Shown: in pieces, positions 62,651 through 64,000 of the stretch | Layout: each line of letters starts with the position of its first letter | Position numbering within the stretch: the stretch's first letter is position 1 | From: Lama glama | Taxonomy: Eukaryota | Assembly (NCBI GenBank): GCA_028534125.1 | Contig: CM052816.1 | Span: 74,898,001-74,962,000 of the forward strand | DNA length: 64,000 nucleotides | Direction of reading: 5' to 3' | Translations under genes and position numbers: made by a program | The notes under the pieces: model-generated | What the model was told of the DNA's origin: nothing | What the model saw: the letters and a program-made list of their open reading frames with translations, nothing else | The model's database searches: none

Positions 62651-63243
62651 TGTGGTAGTCAGATTCCTAAAATGACTCCAATGACTCAAACCCTTGTATA
62701 ACTCCTGCCCCTTTGAGTGTGGGAGGAATCTGGTAAACATGATGCGATATCACTGCCATGATTAGGCTGCCATTGCTATAATTAGGCTGTATTATAAGAC
62801 AGTTGACTTCAAGAAAGGGAATTACCCTCAGTGAGCCTGATCTAACTAGGTGAGCCTTTAAAAAAGATGAGATTCTTCCTAAGTAAGAGGGATTCCCCAT
62901 TGCTGGATTTGAAGACACAGGGAGTCACATAGCAAGGAATGAAGATGGCCTGTAGAAGCTGAGAACAGCCTCCAGCTGACAGCCAGCAAAGAAACAGGGA
63001 CCTTAGTCCTGTAACATTAAGGAGCTGAATTCAGCCAATAACCTGAGTAAGCTAGGAAGCAGATTTTCCCTCAGAGCCTCCAGAAAGGGATGCAACCCAT
63101 CTGATACTCTAATTTCAGCCTGTGAGTACCCAACCATGCTGTACTCGGACTTCTGACATAGAGAACTCGGAGCTAATAAATACATGCTGTTTTAAGCCAC
63201 TAGGTCGGTGGTAATTTGTTATATAATAATAGAAAACAAAGAT
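62651..63243 (+). mobile_element. MLT1 (E/F/G-like) solo LTR in an FBXO4 intron
   Basis: tgtggtagtcagattcctaa...cagctgacagccagcaa...gaattcagccaataacctgagtaagc...aataaa...ttttaagccact...ggtaatttgtta. Confidence 0.88.
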
Positions 63244-63244
63244 T

Positions 63245-63640
63245 TAATGTTAATTTTTTTGATCACAGTTCTTTTAATGATCCTTTCTGAGAGTGCCAAC
63301 ATTCATGCCATCTTTGGGTCTGGTTCCATTGGCTGATTTATCTCTTGACAATGGGTCATTTCCTTTTGATTTTTTAATAATATATTATAAATTATAATAT
63401 CTTGTAATTTTAAATTTAATGCTAGATGTTTTATGTGGAAGCACAGAAGAGACTGAGGTAAAGAGAATTTACCTAGAAATTGGCACACACCTTCTGTTAG
63501 GCCATTAATACAGTGGGATGAGTCCAACTAGTCAGTAGTTGAGCAGGATTTGGCTTTTGTTGCTATAGTTAGTTTCAGTGCATCATAAACTTTAAATTCT
63601 TTCAGCAATAGGCTGCTGCTACCTTGTTCCAAGTGAGAAC
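63245..63640 (-). mobile_element. Old L1M fragment in an FBXO4 intron
   Basis: gccatctttgggtctggttccattggctgattt...gggtcattt resembles antisense L1 ORF1/5' sequence. A further L1 ORF2 fragment lies at ~62585-62650. Confidence 0.55.
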
Positions 63641-64000
63641 AATGTATTGTATATTTATGCCCTACATTGTTCACAAAGGATTTGGGAAAGAAATTAAAAT
63701 ACTGGCTTGGCCCAATAATATTCTAATTTCATGCTATTTAGCATTGTGAATGACAATTGTTTAGAATATATGGAGTTTTCATAACTAATCTACTTCAACA
63801 CTCCAATCCACACATCTATTATCCGGATAATTAAAATAAAGGTAAAATTTTTCAGTTATCTGCATAGGGCCAAAAGCAGACAAAACATCGATAGCAAAAA
63901 GTGCAGAAGCATACAATAAAAAATACTACCTAGCTAAAGTATCAAACTTTAGTATGTATCAGATACTAAATAATTCAGATGCCCGAGACACAACCTAAAT

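Noticed and set aside
43..63527. The many 60-143 aa ORFs in the supplied track as novel genes
   Set aside because: They are L1 ORF2 fragments, antisense L1 frames, microsatellite translations, or chance ORFs with no recognisable domain or exon context.

Overview
AT-rich, CpG-poor mammalian genomic DNA, most likely camelid (inferred from a short tRNA-derived SINE, the L1 3' UTR type, and no recognisable Alu, Bov-A/BovB, PRE-1 or Can-SINE). The only protein-coding sequence I can support is the last two exons of FBXO4 on the minus strand (62065-62240 and 61580-61669). Both have canonical splice sites and neither is in the ORF track. The other ~61 kb lies downstream of FBXO4 and, by remembered human synteny, runs toward GHR. 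It is mostly layered transposon debris: L1 of several ages, L2, L3/CR1, MIR, MLT1/MLT2 LTRs, Tigger and hAT elements. I see no evidence of a new multi-gene system. The best leads are two small polyadenylated non-TE inserts with target-site duplications (TSDs; probable retrocopied 3' UTR fragments), a ~260 bp fold-back element I cannot assign to a family, two same-orientation consensus CTCF motifs, and a few motif-level enhancer candidates. Repeat family names are by eye, and repeat boundaries are approximate unless a TSD or terminal inverted repeat (TIR) is quoted.
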